Positions 29,169-39,670 of a DNA stretch of 64,000 bases are shown here, in pieces. The notes beneath the pieces are model-generated. The model worked only from the letters and a program-made list of their open reading frames with translations. It ran no database searches and was not told the origin of the DNA. The stretch is from Nitrosopumilaceae archaeon (GTDB lineage: Archaea > Thermoproteota > Nitrososphaeria > Nitrososphaerales > Nitrosopumilaceae), in NCBI GenBank assembly GCA_052389415.1, contig JBQTHX010000018.1, positions 9,558-73,557 of the forward strand, in the 5' to 3' direction. The position numbers and the translations under genes are program-made. Within the stretch, counting starts at the first letter, position 1, and each line of letters starts with the position of its first letter.

Positions 29169-29308
29169 TCTTTTTTCCATTTGTTTGGTTTTTTAACAAA
29201 AATTCGTTTGCATCCATGACAACAAAAATAGTATTTTTTCCCCTCAAATTCATGAACTAGTGCTAAACTCTCATCAAGCTCTATTCCACAAACGGGATCC
29301 ACTGGCAT
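29165..29308 (-). CDS. YHS/TRASH domain small protein (47 aa; absent from ORF track)
   Basis: Hand translation MPVDPVCGIELDESLALVHEFEGKKYYFCCHGCKRIFVKKPNKWKKD. Confidence 0.82.
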   Translation of the reverse strand: MPVDPVCGIELDESLALVHEFEGKKYYFCCHGCKRIFVKKPNKWKKD

Positions 29309-29345
29309 ACGACAATGCAATGTTGGTTTCTATTTATTCCTTGCA

Positions 29346-30449
29346 TTATGAAGTAAGCTTTGTAACAAGTTGATTAAATTCTAAATCACTCATTGGTGGA
29401 ACTTTGACTAGCTCAAGGTTCTCCTCAACATGAGAATTTGATTTTTGACCAACTAGTGGAGCTATTATTCCGGGTGTTGATCTAACAAACTGAATGGCAC
29501 GATGTACAGGTTTCAAACTGCCAAACTCTGGAATTACATTTGGACCAAGAAGTTTTGTTTGCATAAGAGGTACACTTGCAAAAACCCCCACTCCAAAATA
29601 TCTTGAAGCATCCAATATGGAATTTTCTTTTCCATTGGCATTTTGATTCTTCATTGTTAATGCCTGATCAAGATACATGTTATATGGAAGTTGGATGAAC
29701 TTGAATCCATTTTCTTTTCCGCCTGCTACTTTTGCAAGTTGTAATACGTCTGATAAATTTAGATACTGGGGATGTTCCTTTGGCACCCTAAAACAATCCC
29801 ATGTTGCCATTCCATAATATCTGATTGTGCCTTTTTTTCTTTGTTCTTCATAAAACTCGAAAACTAGTTTGAGATTCTTAATAAACACTTCTTTTGAAAT
29901 ATCTTGCAATTGACCTTCAGCCGCATTATGAAGATACATCAAGTCAATACAATCAAAATCAAGATTTTTCAGACTTGTTTTAAGCTGATTTTCAAGATAT
30001 GGTATAGTCATGCAGTGATATCCTGATGAGATATCCTCTGGCTTGATTGTTCCTGTTTTGATCAAGATGTTGTTGACATATTGCCAGAATTCCTCTCTTA
30101 CATCGCCATCATTGGTAATGTACCCATTTTTTGTACTGACAAACAGCTCTTCTCTTTTTATTTTGTCTTCCTCAATTAGTTCAGAAATGGCTTTTCCCAC
30201 AGATCTTTCGGCTTTTTGAGCTCGATAGTTTATTGCGGTATCTATTACATTTATCCCTGATAACACTGATTTTTTAATTGCTTCTTTTACAAGGCGATCT
30301 GTTGTATCATCTATATTTCCAAGATATGTGCCAATTCCTAAAGATGATAAAGTTAGTCCTGCAAATTGCCGAAAGTGGTTTTCTCCTACAGCATGATTTT
30401 TGTTTGCAAAGTTTGTTGTTCCATCATCAGTTACATGCCCTGAAATCAT
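29346..30449 (-). CDS. Aldo/keto reductase
   Basis: LGIGT, IDTAINY, STK, DLMYLHN, IQLPYN. Confidence 0.9.
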   Translation of the reverse strand: MISGHVTDDGTTNFANKNHAVGENHFRQFAGLTLSSLGIGTYLGNIDDTTDRLVKEAIKKSVLSGINVIDTAINYRAQKAERSVGKAISELIEEDKIKREELFVSTKNGYITNDGDVREEFWQYVNNILIKTGTIKPEDISSGYHCMTIPYLENQLKTSLKNLDFDCIDLMYLHNAAEGQLQDISKEVFIKNLKLVFEFYEEQRKKGTIRYYGMATWDCFRVPKEHPQYLNLSDVLQLAKVAGGKENGFKFIQLPYNMYLDQALTMKNQNANGKENSILDASRYFGVGVFASVPLMQTKLLGPNVIPEFGSLKPVHRAIQFVRSTPGIIAPLVGQKSNSHVEENLELVKVPPMSDLEFNQLVTKLTS

Positions 30450-30473
30450 GATGTGATTTTTTATTTACTCGAT

Positions 30474-31370
30474 TTAATTGTACTGTGTAATACCAAAAAG
30501 AAAACTCAACACTAGTAAAACTCCAGTTATTCTACTATACAATACAAATGACCTCATTACGGGAACCATTTTTTCTATATTATCAAAATTTTGTTTTAAT
30601 TGCAGTCCTGATTTTATTAAAAGTGGAATCGTGCATAATGTGATCAAAGAAAAAATTGGCAAACTATGAGAAATAATGCCTGTTATGATTACGCCATATG
30701 CTATCGAAGGAAAGATCCAGATAATACTTGAAGCTCTTTTTTTTCCAAGTAAGATGACAAGAGTTCTTCTACCGCTGGATTTGTCAGCATCAAAATCAGG
30801 AAATGAATTTACGAAAAGCACCATTGAAGATAAAACTCCCAAAACAATGCCTCCAAGGATTGATTCTCTTACAATTTCAGGTGATTGCACAAAATATGTT
30901 CCAAGTACAATCATAGTTCCCTTTATTGTGACAAACACTTCGCCCAAACCAGAGTCAACTATACGAGTAGAATAAAAGTAAATTGAGACAACCGCAAAGG
31001 CAAGTATGACTGCAATAGTTGTTCCATTTACAAAAATGAAATAGCCTCCTATGGCAGCACCAAAAATTAGGGCAACCACTCCAGCTCGGTATACGTCTTT
31101 TGGCTTTAGCAGACCTTCTGGCAAAATACCAGTGCCACCACTAAACTTTGTTTTTGTTGTCTTTGTATCTATATTACGTTTAAAATCCCAATAATCATTG
31201 AGCAGATCAACACTTGCATGTAATGCAATTACGCCCACAAGCGTTAGAGCTGCACTGATGACATCAATTGTCTGATGTTGCCACCAATTTATGGCAAGAC
31301 CAAGAGCCACTGCAATTACTGATGAAAGTAGAAATCTGATCCTAATCACTCTAAGCCAAGCAGACAGCAT
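30474..31370 (-). CDS. UbiA/MenA-family prenyltransferase
   Basis: NDYWDFKRNID, NSFPDFDADKSSGRRTL; multi-TM. Confidence 0.87.
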   Translation of the reverse strand: MLSAWLRVIRIRFLLSSVIAVALGLAINWWQHQTIDVISAALTLVGVIALHASVDLLNDYWDFKRNIDTKTTKTKFSGGTGILPEGLLKPKDVYRAGVVALIFGAAIGGYFIFVNGTTIAVILAFAVVSIYFYSTRIVDSGLGEVFVTIKGTMIVLGTYFVQSPEIVRESILGGIVLGVLSSMVLFVNSFPDFDADKSSGRRTLVILLGKKRASSIIWIFPSIAYGVIITGIISHSLPIFSLITLCTIPLLIKSGLQLKQNFDNIEKMVPVMRSFVLYSRITGVLLVLSFLFGITQYN

Positions 31371-31777
31371 CACACTAAAGACTCGTCACTTACACTAAGA
31401 GGTTTTCTTCCCATGAAACCTTCTTCTTTTCCATGCCAGAATTTTATCTCGGTTTCACCTTTTTTCCAGCAAAGAAATATCTCTTCATTGAATCTGATTG
31501 ATGGAAAATCTAACAAACCCTCTTCTATACTTTTTATCAAGACTCCGGTGCTTTCTAAATCTTCAATGGCTTTGTAAAAATTTGACATCACTGTATTAAG
31601 TTCCTGTTTCTTAATTACATAATCTTTAAAGTTTGACATGTATTTTGGGTTTGTTTCCAACTCACTTTGGATTAGTAGTGCCTGATCCTTGAGGTTTACT
31701 ATATCCTTGAATTTCTTAATCACGGCTGGCAGTATCTCATTAGCATCTTTTATCGTAAAATGTGAGAACATCAGCAA
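31370..31777 (-). CDS. DUF2203 family protein
   Basis: FT..DAN..LP, GLLDFP, LCWK.GE..I.FWH...GF.GR. Confidence 0.85.
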   Translation of the reverse strand: MLMFSHFTIKDANEILPAVIKKFKDIVNLKDQALLIQSELETNPKYMSNFKDYVIKKQELNTVMSNFYKAIEDLESTGVLIKSIEEGLLDFPSIRFNEEIFLCWKKGETEIKFWHGKEEGFMGRKPLSVSDESLV

Positions 31778-31837
31778 TTTAGCAAAATGGCCCAGTTAAA
31801 AGCATATTGTAAAAACTAAAATCATTTTTTGCAACTT

Positions 31838-32674
31838 TTATGAAGATGAGACCACTTCACCAATCATTCTTGATGCCAGATGTGAGGTTCTATCCTTAAT
31901 ATCATACTCAGGGCAAACCTCCATTAAATCCATTCCTGTGATTCCTCTATGTGCCAGTGATTTTAACAAATAGACAGCTTCACTATTTCGCAATCCGATC
32001 GGGACAGGAGCCGATACTCCCGGAGCAAACGCTGGGTCAATAGCATCCATATCAAACGAAACATATACCTTTTTTCCTACTTTCTCCAATATCTTTTTCT
32101 CGGTTTCTAACAAGCCAATTTTTAATATATCAAACGGAGTAATTACTGAAAGATTGTATTTTTTTATATTATCGATTTCTTCTTGCTCTGGGGTTCTAAT
32201 TCCTATCTGTATACTTGATTTCAAATCTATGAAGGGTAGCACATCAAAAAAAACTGAGCCATAATAGTTTCTGGTCGAACTGATAAGGTCTGGATGAGCA
32301 TCAAAATATACTAAAGACAAGGATCCATGCGCTTTGGAAATGGATTTTATTATTTCAACAGTAATGGAATGATCCCCCCCAATAGCAATTGGAATTTTGG
32401 ATTTTGAAACTATTTTGTTTATCACTTCAGCAATTTGGTTCCTTGAAACGTTTCCATAGTCAAACACCTTTTTTCTTATTCCTCCATACGGGATTCCTGT
32501 TGAAATAGTGCCATTTCTAAAGTATCTGTCCCTTGTTGAGGATATCTCTCGAATCTTGTCTGGTGCTTCCGATGCTCCTTTTCTGAGAGCATGAGATTTT
32601 GATTCATCAGGAATACCTAGGATAACTATATCAGATTCATCAAAATCCTCAGTATTTGCCCAACAGATGCTCAA
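31838..32674 (-). CDS. Agmatinase/arginase family hydrolase
   Basis: GGDHS, DAHPD, SFDMDAIDPAFAPG. Confidence 0.88.
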   Translation of the reverse strand: MSICWANTEDFDESDIVILGIPDESKSHALRKGASEAPDKIREISSTRDRYFRNGTISTGIPYGGIRKKVFDYGNVSRNQIAEVINKIVSKSKIPIAIGGDHSITVEIIKSISKAHGSLSLVYFDAHPDLISSTRNYYGSVFFDVLPFIDLKSSIQIGIRTPEQEEIDNIKKYNLSVITPFDILKIGLLETEKKILEKVGKKVYVSFDMDAIDPAFAPGVSAPVPIGLRNSEAVYLLKSLAHRGITGMDLMEVCPEYDIKDRTSHLASRMIGEVVSSS

Positions 32675-33663
32675 CTTACGTCGCCTACAAGAACACGCTG
32701 ATTTCTTCCTTTGCTTGATATCACAAGAGCTCCTTCCTTGTCAATTTTGATAGCTTTTCCTTTGATGGGTCCGTGCTGAGATGTGACCATTATTGTCTTT
32801 CCAATAGTGGATGATCTACTTGTCCATTGTTTTGCAATATGTTCAGAACTCCCATCTAAGAACAAAGTGTACAATCTTTCAATCTCTGATAGAAATGTCT
32901 GCACTAATTTGACAGGATTAGCTTTATTTTTTTCATTGACAAGAGAAGCTACACCGTAATAGTTTCCTGTATTTTTGATGTTCTTTTCGATTTCTAATAC
33001 ATCGATTTTGAAATTGATTCCTACGCCTAAAATAAGATATCCTATGTTCCCTGACTCTATAGATACGTCAATTAGGATTCCTGCTACCTTTTTGTTATTG
33101 ATGGTCAGATCATTTGGCCATTTTATCTGCGGTTTGATTTTCAAAACCTTCTCAATTGAGACTGCAAGTGCAAGTGATGATATTATAGGAAAAAATGTAG
33201 ATACAGAAACATCAAATTCTGGATGTAAAATTAATGACATCCATATGCCACCTTCTGGAGACGTCCATTTCCTACTTAATCTACCTCTGCCTTGGGTTTG
33301 TTTTTGGGCAATTACTAAAGTCCCATTTTCTTGAGGCTTTGATGCTATCTCTGCTGCAAAATTTTGTGTTGAATTGATTGTATCAAAGTAATAGACTCTT
33401 TTTCCCAAAAGTCTTGTTTCTAATCCGTCTCTTATTTCCCATGGTAAGAGCAACTCTGTTGTTTCTGTCAATCTATATCCAATCTTGGGTCTGGAATCGA
33501 TCTTGTATCCAAGTAATTGAAGCTTTTTGATATGTTTCCACACCGCTGCACGGCTAAGTTTCAAAGATTCGCTTATGTCTTGCCCCGATAAATAGTCTGA
33601 TTTGTGAGACTTGAGAAGAGTGATTATCTTAACAAGAGAGCTGTTGTCATAAGATGTATACAC
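32671..33663 (-). CDS. birA: Biotin-protein ligase with N-terminal HTH
   Basis: SRAAVWKHI, QTQGRGR, KWPND, KVAGIL. Confidence 0.93.
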   Translation of the reverse strand: MYTSYDNSSLVKIITLLKSHKSDYLSGQDISESLKLSRAAVWKHIKKLQLLGYKIDSRPKIGYRLTETTELLLPWEIRDGLETRLLGKRVYYFDTINSTQNFAAEIASKPQENGTLVIAQKQTQGRGRLSRKWTSPEGGIWMSLILHPEFDVSVSTFFPIISSLALAVSIEKVLKIKPQIKWPNDLTINNKKVAGILIDVSIESGNIGYLILGVGINFKIDVLEIEKNIKNTGNYYGVASLVNEKNKANPVKLVQTFLSEIERLYTLFLDGSSEHIAKQWTSRSSTIGKTIMVTSQHGPIKGKAIKIDKEGALVISSKGRNQRVLVGDVS

Positions 33664-33677
33664 GAATAAATTCTATA

Positions 33678-34337
33678 TTACTCATTTAATAAATTCTGTA
33701 TTCTACTTTCAAGGAGCCCATTTTGGCCAAACGAAACATCACGTAGAATACCTTTCTTGTCTATGAGAATGGAGGAAGGTGTTCCCCTTAAGGTATATTC
33801 TTCAAAAGTTTCGGCAGAAAATTCTTTCGATTTCAAATATTGTTTCACGCGTTCAATTAATTCTGTTTTTTGTTCCGAGTTATACGAATCAAAATCTGGA
33901 ATATTTGCATTGATGACTCCCATTATGTCTTCGTTACTAATGTTTTGCGAGCCCTTTTTCAAAGAATCCATTGCTACGGGGAAAGGAATCTTGTACAACA
34001 GCTTTGTTCCATTAAGCTGTTTGTACTGCCCAAGTGCCTTTAGCGTATCGCCTATCGTTTCCCCAGTAGAGAGTAAAAGTTCTAAATTTTCCAATGTGTT
34101 TTTGTCAAAATCTTCAAAGGCAGTTGCTACACCAAGGACAGTAAGGCCATCTTTACGATACTTGTTATAGATTTCTATTGCTTCAGGAATTCCGTACAAG
34201 AAACAGCCTGGACAATTTACTTGAAAAACCTCAACTAGGATTACATTGTCTTTTTCTTTATCGATATTTGTATGTAGTCCTTGAACCCATTTTGAGATTT
34301 TTAAATTAGGTGCTTTCTCTCCAATTTTTGCAGTCAT
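33678..34337 (-). CDS. Thioredoxin-fold redoxin
   Basis: FQVNCPGC, GTPSSILIDKKG. Confidence 0.8.
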   Translation of the reverse strand: MTAKIGEKAPNLKISKWVQGLHTNIDKEKDNVILVEVFQVNCPGCFLYGIPEAIEIYNKYRKDGLTVLGVATAFEDFDKNTLENLELLLSTGETIGDTLKALGQYKQLNGTKLLYKIPFPVAMDSLKKGSQNISNEDIMGVINANIPDFDSYNSEQKTELIERVKQYLKSKEFSAETFEEYTLRGTPSSILIDKKGILRDVSFGQNGLLESRIQNLLNE

Positions 34338-34411
34338 AGATTGAACACTTTGTAAATTAGTTAAAAACGTAATTATTCATGAAATATTACGTGATTAGAA
34401 TTTTTTATCGG

Positions 34412-34951
34412 TTAAAATCCAATATCTATGTCAAAATCTCCGCCGCCGCCGACATCAGAACCTCCATCACTGGCATCTGATGAGGCATCAGCACCACTGT
34501 CTGTTTGAGCTGGCATCTGCTCTGTTGGAATATAGCTGGACATTGCCATTCCCATGAAACTCATCATGGTTGAAAACATGATTATGTCCAAAATGCCCAA
34601 AAACATCAATGATGGCAGAATCGATTTGTTATTGTCCATGTATTGTTGCAATTTTTGTTTGTCTCCACCCTTCCACATTGTGACCATTTGGTCCCAGTTT
34701 TTTTGTAGTTCGAATTTCCTTTCTTGTAATTCTCGTTGGCCTTTTTCTGTTAAGATAATCTCTTTCTTTGTGCTAAAAAATCCTTTTTTTTCTATTACTC
34801 TGATTAGTCCCTTTTTATCAAGAGTCTCAAGTATCTCGTTTAATTCTTTGCCTTCGATTTTTGTGGATCTTTGTATCTTGTCAAACTTATTATTTCCTCT
34901 GTTGATTGCTTCTAGAATTATTACATCTTTAGGATCTGATTCAGATTCCAT
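34412..34951 (-). CDS. Winged-HTH protein with hydrophobic segment and Gly/Asp-rich tail
   Basis: L..LDKKGLI, LTEKG; start probably ATG 34951. Confidence 0.65.
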   Translation of the reverse strand: MESESDPKDVIILEAINRGNNKFDKIQRSTKIEGKELNEILETLDKKGLIRVIEKKGFFSTKKEIILTEKGQRELQERKFELQKNWDQMVTMWKGGDKQKLQQYMDNNKSILPSLMFLGILDIIMFSTMMSFMGMAMSSYIPTEQMPAQTDSGADASSDASDGGSDVGGGGDFDIDIGF

Positions 34952-35024
34952 ATTGTAGATTTCTAAAATCTTCCTATAAACTGTTTGCAAAACAGAATAT
35001 TAACCCAATCTATATAGACATTGT

Positions 35025-35435
35025 GTGGAAATAGATTCGCATACTGACGACCAAATAAGAAATTTCTATTTATTAAAAAATATTGCAGTAATTGGTATGT
35101 CAAAGCATCCAGAAAAGGCCGCACATTTTGTACCAAAATATCTTGTAGATCAAGGTTATAACATCATACCAGTAAATCCCACGGCAGATGAAATTTTAGG
35201 CAGAAAGTGCTATCGTGAAATTAATGAAGTTGACGAACCAATAGATATTGTGGACGTTTTTAGACCTTCTGATCAAGTACTAGATTTAGTTAAAGAAGCA
35301 ATAAAGAAAAAACCCAAAGTGATTTGGTTACAAGAAGGAATTCATAATAAAGAAGCTGAAGATATTGCTTGCAACGCAGGCATTGAAGTGGTCTTCAATA
35401 GATGCATGCTGGCTGAGCACGAGAGATTATTTTAG
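35025..35435 (+). CDS. CoA-binding protein (YccU-like)
   Basis: IAVIGMS, PVNP, DIVDVFR, WLQEG. Confidence 0.9.
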   Translation: MEIDSHTDDQIRNFYLLKNIAVIGMSKHPEKAAHFVPKYLVDQGYNIIPVNPTADEILGRKCYREINEVDEPIDIVDVFRPSDQVLDLVKEAIKKKPKVIWLQEGIHNKEAEDIACNAGIEVVFNRCMLAEHERLF

Positions 35436-35436
35436 A

Positions 35437-35802
35437 ATGACAAACGATTCATTCACAGAATTTTACAGATCTCTTGTAGAACTCGCAAAATCATTCGAAG
35501 AAACAAACAGACTAAAAATCCAATCAGATTTGGATTCTAATGTAATCAGAATATACGGTGAGAATGCCGACTCTTTAGCTTGTGCCAAAATCGGATTGGA
35601 AGAAGTAGTTGAGTTAGCTTATACAGTTGCTGAACATCACCCCTATTGGAATCTAGTATACAATGCATCACAAATTTCAAAACTTGCCCTAGAAAAGTGG
35701 AACGAAAATCTGACTAAGGAGGATCTTGACGAAATATCATGGTGCATAGAAGAGCTCAAAAACACAAGTATTAAGCTCAAAGAAAAACAGAACCATTGCT
35801 GA
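35437..35802 (+). CDS. Hypothetical protein
   Basis: ATG 1 bp after the upstream stop; AEHHPYW motif. Confidence 0.65.
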   Translation: MTNDSFTEFYRSLVELAKSFEETNRLKIQSDLDSNVIRIYGENADSLACAKIGLEEVVELAYTVAEHHPYWNLVYNASQISKLALEKWNENLTKEDLDEISWCIEELKNTSIKLKEKQNHC

Positions 35803-35845
35803 ATTCCTTCGGCAGAGATAAATATTCAAATTCTAAAATTAGTTC

Positions 35846-37063
35846 ATGCCAATAAAGATTGGTCTGATTGGTAAGACAAACACTGGCAAGACCACCTTCT
35901 TTAATGCCGCAACACTTTCTCAATCAGAAATCTCCACTTATCCTTTTACAACAAAAAAACCCGAAAGAGCAAAGGCTAATGCTATCACCCCATGTGTTCA
36001 CACAGAATTTAATGTTCAAGATCAACCACAGAATTCAAAGTGTAGCGATGGCTGGAGATTCATCCCAATTGAACTAATTGATCTTCCAGGATTGATAAAA
36101 GATGCATGGGCAGGCAAGGGACTTGGAAACCAATTTCTTTCAATTGCAACTCAATCTGATGCATTACTGCATGTAGTTGATGTTTCTGGAAGTGTTGATT
36201 CATCAGGAAAAATTACGGATGTAGGCAACGGTGATCCAATTTCTGATGTAGCTGATATCGAAGAAGAGCTAATGATGTGGTACCTAAAACTCTTGGAAGG
36301 AAACAGGGATAAAATTTCAAAACTAATTAATTCTGATACAGAGCAACTTGTGGCCCTAACAGATGTGTTTAGAGGAATAGGGGTAAAAGAATCACATGTA
36401 AAAGAAGCACTCAAGGTTACCAATTTGGAAGACAAACACTTTGACAACTTTGATATGCATGACAGCAAAAAATTTTCCTCATACCTAAGGCATATCTCAA
36501 AACCTACACTCATAGTTGCAAATAAGATCGACTTGCCAGGCGCAGACAAGAACTTTGATCGTTTGAGAGAAAAATATTTTGATACTATAACTGTACCAGC
36601 TAGCGCAGACAGCGAGCTATCTCTACGAAGGGCAGAACACGCTGGTCTGATAAAATATGTGCCAGGTTCTGAACAATTTGAGATACTGCAAAAGGATAAA
36701 CTAAATAAAAAGCAAACTGACGCTTTGGATTTTATCACAAAGGACATTCTTGGTGAATACATGCGAACAGGTGTGCAGTTTGCAATCAACGTAACAGTTT
36801 TCAAATTATTAAAAATGAATTCAATTTATCCTATTGCAGTGCCAGAAAAACTTTGTGATAAAAAAGGAAGAGTGTTGCCTGATCTCATTTTAATGAAGGA
36901 CGGCTCTACGGTGGAAGATCTGGCAAAGGAAATACACACCGATTTGACAAAAGGTCTTCTATACGCCAAAGATTTACGATATGGAGTGAGATTGCCTCCA
37001 AGTTATCAGTTGCGAGACAGAGATGTAATATCGGTAATTAGTGCGGTAACAAAAAAATCTTAA
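35846..37063 (+). CDS. YchF/Obg-family GTPase with TGS domain
   Basis: GKTNTGKT, YPFTT, DLPG, NKID, IHTDL. Confidence 0.9.
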   Translation: MPIKIGLIGKTNTGKTTFFNAATLSQSEISTYPFTTKKPERAKANAITPCVHTEFNVQDQPQNSKCSDGWRFIPIELIDLPGLIKDAWAGKGLGNQFLSIATQSDALLHVVDVSGSVDSSGKITDVGNGDPISDVADIEEELMMWYLKLLEGNRDKISKLINSDTEQLVALTDVFRGIGVKESHVKEALKVTNLEDKHFDNFDMHDSKKFSSYLRHISKPTLIVANKIDLPGADKNFDRLREKYFDTITVPASADSELSLRRAEHAGLIKYVPGSEQFEILQKDKLNKKQTDALDFITKDILGEYMRTGVQFAINVTVFKLLKMNSIYPIAVPEKLCDKKGRVLPDLILMKDGSTVEDLAKEIHTDLTKGLLYAKDLRYGVRLPPSYQLRDRDVISVISAVTKKS

Positions 37064-38451
37064 TTGTCTATTCCAATCTTTTCTTGTTTCATCCAAAGCG
37101 TTTTATGTTTATGATCAATTAACGTTATTCCCATATCTGAGATCTGTGTTCTTATCTTGTCTGATTCTTTGTACTGTTTTTGATCTCTGAACATATTGCG
37201 TTTCCTTATTAACTCATTTATGGTTGATTTTTCTTCTTCAGTTATTTTAGAAATCTTTAGGCCAAATATCTCAAGCATTCTTTCAAGTTCTGGTAACGCG
37301 ATTTTTGAGATTGATTGTGTGAGTAGGTCTGCTGCTGCAATCCTGTTTATTTCTTTCACAAGTTTGAAAAATGCACCTAATGCCAATGGAGTATTAAAAT
37401 CTGATTCTAATCCTTCATCAAACTCTTTTTTTGCTTCTGACATTGTCTTCTGTATCTCGTCAATAGGACCATGATTATCGGTTAAAATCAATTCAAAATA
37501 GCAGTTTTCTACTTGACGCCATTTCACAATGGTCTCCCTGAGAAGCTCTTCAGAATAATCAATTGGTTTTGAATAGTGACCAGATAGACAAAAAAGTCTG
37601 ATTATGTTTGGTCCCCAATGTTCAAGGACATATTTTACAGATTTTATATTCCCCAAGGATTTTGACATCTTTTCTCCGTTTATTGTCATCATCCCAGCAT
37701 GCATCCAAATCTTTGCAAATTGTTTTCCTGTGTGTGATTCGGATTGGGCAATTTCATTTTCATGATGAGGAAAAATCAAGTCTCTGCCACCGCCATGGAT
37801 CTCAAAGTTTTCACCAAGATACTTCAAACTCATCGCTGAGCATTCAATGTGCCAACCAGGACGTCCTTCACCCCATGGGCTAGGCCATTTTGGTTCTTCA
37901 TTTGTAAACTTCCATAATGCAAAGTCAAGAGGATCATTTTTGGTTTCATCTATCTCAATTCTTGCACCCGATAACAAATCATCAATTTTTTTTCTAGAAA
38001 GTTTGCCATAGTTTTTGAACTTTACTACGGAAAAATAGATCCCATTTTTTGAAATATATGCAAAACCTTTGTCAATAAGGTCTTTTATCAAATTGATCAT
38101 TTCCTGTATATGTTCCGTAGCCTTTGGATGTACGTCAGCACGTTTGATGTTTAGTTTATCAAAATCATCAAAATAACGTGATATGTATCTTGAACTGATA
38201 TCATTGGCACTTAGATTTTCCTGCTTTGCACGGTTTATTATCTTGTCATCTACATCTGTAAAATTCTGAATGAATTGTATTTTTCTACCTTGCGATTCTA
38301 GAAATCTTCTAAGAGTGTCAAACAAGATTATTGTCCTTGCATGTCCTATGTGACTCTCATCATACACGGTTACCCCACAAACATAAATCCTAATGATTCC
38401 AGTCGTATCAATTTCCTTCTCTGTTTCTGTTAAAGTATCAAAAATCTTCAA
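37060..38451 (-). CDS. cysS: Cysteine--tRNA ligase
   Basis: CGVTVY, HIGH, PGWHIECS, KMSKS. Confidence 0.97.
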   Translation of the reverse strand: MKIFDTLTETEKEIDTTGIIRIYVCGVTVYDESHIGHARTIILFDTLRRFLESQGRKIQFIQNFTDVDDKIINRAKQENLSANDISSRYISRYFDDFDKLNIKRADVHPKATEHIQEMINLIKDLIDKGFAYISKNGIYFSVVKFKNYGKLSRKKIDDLLSGARIEIDETKNDPLDFALWKFTNEEPKWPSPWGEGRPGWHIECSAMSLKYLGENFEIHGGGRDLIFPHHENEIAQSESHTGKQFAKIWMHAGMMTINGEKMSKSLGNIKSVKYVLEHWGPNIIRLFCLSGHYSKPIDYSEELLRETIVKWRQVENCYFELILTDNHGPIDEIQKTMSEAKKEFDEGLESDFNTPLALGAFFKLVKEINRIAAADLLTQSISKIALPELERMLEIFGLKISKITEEEKSTINELIRKRNMFRDQKQYKESDKIRTQISDMGITLIDHKHKTLWMKQEKIGIDN

Positions 38452-38466
38452 AATTTACACCGTTTC

Positions 38467-39255
38467 TTATAACTGGCAACATGTGGCAGTTATTCGCTTG
38501 TGTTCGCTTTTTTTGTATAATTTGTGGATTTTATCAACAATTGAGAGATCAACCTGCGCAAGATCTGCGGTTTCCTGTAATGAAAGATTCTTCTCTGTCA
38601 TGCAATAAAGAACTAGATCAATTTCTTCGTAACTAAATCCTATTTCATCTTCAGCTGTGTGACCCTGCCAAAGATTTGGACTGCTCTTCTTTGATATTAT
38701 TGAGTCTGGCAATCCAAGAAATTTTCCAAATTCGCGTATCTGTGTTTTGTACAATGAAACTATGGGTAAAAGATCAGACGCCCCGTCTCCAAACTTTGTA
38801 AAATATCCAATCAAATATTCGCTTTTATCGCTTGAGCCAAGTACAAGCAAGTTTTTAGAATTTGCGTAATAATATAAAATATTTGATCTTATCCTAGCTC
38901 TAAGGTTTCCAAGTGCTAGAGAATTTGGTTCAACGTATTTCGAATATTCTGAATGTATAAGATTAATATCGATTAATTTGTAGTCAAATCCAAACCTGTC
39001 TATAATCTTGAGGGCGTCTTCGGCATCAGTTTGTGGTGTGACTTTGGAATCTGGCATGAGAAGTGCAAGAGATTTTTCTTTTAATGATACTGCACATAAT
39101 GAAGCAATGACTGCTGAATCGATCCCGCCACTGAGCCCGAAAATAAAGCCTGATGATTGTCTTTCTGAAACTTCATTTTCGAGAAATCTTACGATTTTGT
39201 TCTGAATTGTTTGGTAGTCTTTTTTGATAATTTCCTGAAGAAGGGCCTTATTCAA
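38467..39255 (-). CDS. nadE: NH3-dependent NAD+ synthetase
   Basis: GLSGGIDS, GNLRARIR, GYFTKFGDG, SEHKR. Confidence 0.95.
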   Translation of the reverse strand: MNKALLQEIIKKDYQTIQNKIVRFLENEVSERQSSGFIFGLSGGIDSAVIASLCAVSLKEKSLALLMPDSKVTPQTDAEDALKIIDRFGFDYKLIDINLIHSEYSKYVEPNSLALGNLRARIRSNILYYYANSKNLLVLGSSDKSEYLIGYFTKFGDGASDLLPIVSLYKTQIREFGKFLGLPDSIISKKSSPNLWQGHTAEDEIGFSYEEIDLVLYCMTEKNLSLQETADLAQVDLSIVDKIHKLYKKSEHKRITATCCQL

Positions 39256-39289
39256 TAATTCTTCAAGCTGGTTTTATGGAATTAAACCT

Positions 39290-39592
39290 TCAGACATCCA
39301 CATAAATGCCATCATTTTTTAATTCTACTCTGTAGGTTTGTAAATTTACTCCTTTTATGTAGTCTAATAATTCTCCCGTCTTGATGTTGTAATGCCAAAA
39401 GTGTAATGGACATTCTACTATGTCTCCTTCCAACTTGCCAGCCGCAATTGAGCCATCCTGGTGGACGCATATCGAATCTAAACCGTGGTATCCATTTTGG
39501 TTAAAGATGGCAATATGTTTTCCATCTACGATAAACTCCTTTCCTTCTCCTTCTGGCACTTCATTTTTTTCCGCAATTTTTTTCCAGACCAT
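39290..39592 (-). CDS. Rieske [2Fe-2S] ferredoxin
   Basis: CVH...CPLH. Confidence 0.9.
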   Translation of the reverse strand: MVWKKIAEKNEVPEGEGKEFIVDGKHIAIFNQNGYHGLDSICVHQDGSIAAGKLEGDIVECPLHFWHYNIKTGELLDYIKGVNLQTYRVELKNDGIYVDV

Positions 39593-39670
39593 GTTTCACA
39601 GACCATTCCTTGGTCAATATTTACATTTTCATTTGATAGTATTTTATACTTCTTCAAATTGAGACCATCC

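Noticed and set aside
39485-39670. Long N-terminal extension of AhcY (likewise track starts for S25e, mutase and epimerase)
   Set aside because: They overlap neighbouring genes or add non-homologous sequence; downstream ATGs match the family N-termini
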